A stretch of 61,813 nt of DNA, the filler included, from Sphacelaria rigidula (taxonomy: Eukaryota): NCBI GenBank assembly GCA_964200075.2. It is 10 parts of 10 records of this genome, joined end to end, with 100 filler letters (N's around TTAATTAATTAA, not from the genome) between each part and the next. Parts side by side here need not be neighbours in the genome. Positions count along the whole stretch, not along the records: positions 55,723 to 61,813 come from CAXNAA020022297.1; 9 more parts are not named here. One strand, 5' to 3'. Positions within the stretch are counted from its first letter, which is position 1. Each line of letters begins with the position of its first letter. The notes beneath the pieces were generated by a model. The model worked only from the letters and a program-made list of their open reading frames with translations, made no database searches and was not told the DNA's origin. The translations under genes and the position numbers were made by a program. This document shows, piece after piece, positions 61,611 to 61,813 of the stretch.

Positions 61611-61813
61611 GTAACAGAGAGTTCCTTCAATACCGGGATCAAGTGACCAAAATGATCCCCCGCTCCATACTGGGATCAAGTAAGCGTGTGATCCTTCTCG
61701 GAACACTAATTTACATCAAAACCAACCTTCCATTACTATACAACAAAGTAAACGGCTGGGCGAGAGTCACAAAAGGCGGAGGCAGTTCAACGGACTCGAC
61801 AAAGCAGAAGGAG

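Overview
Eukaryotic nuclear DNA, most likely a brown alga (inferred from repeat style, long TE-filled introns and GC-rich exons). It is not one locus. Ten unrelated contigs of 6091-6092 bp are concatenated with an artificial 100-nt linker (N44-TTAATTAATTAA-N44), so nothing can be inferred across linkers. Genes read from GT-AG exons: alanyl-tRNA synthetase C-terminal exons (contig 1); two exons of a UBR1/PRT6-type E3 ligase (contig 4); a complete two-exon FKBP-TPR-membrane-anchor gene head-to-head with the 5' part of a BUB1/MAD3-like gene (contig 5); and the last two exons of a UFD2/UBE4 U-box gene (contig 9). The rest is mostly mobile or repetitive DNA: decayed Ty1/copia and Ty3/gypsy elements, a LINE RT fragment, a pogo-like transposase fragment, two tRNA-derived SINE families, hairpin MITEs, minisatellites, a large modular repeat family shared by four contigs, and an organellar LSU rRNA insertion. 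I found no convincing new multi-gene biological system. The most notable observations are structural: a hairpin loop micro-inversion, a palindromic MITE with its empty site nearby, inverted repeats bracketing an exon, and an unclassified modular repeat beside a GRF-type zinc finger.
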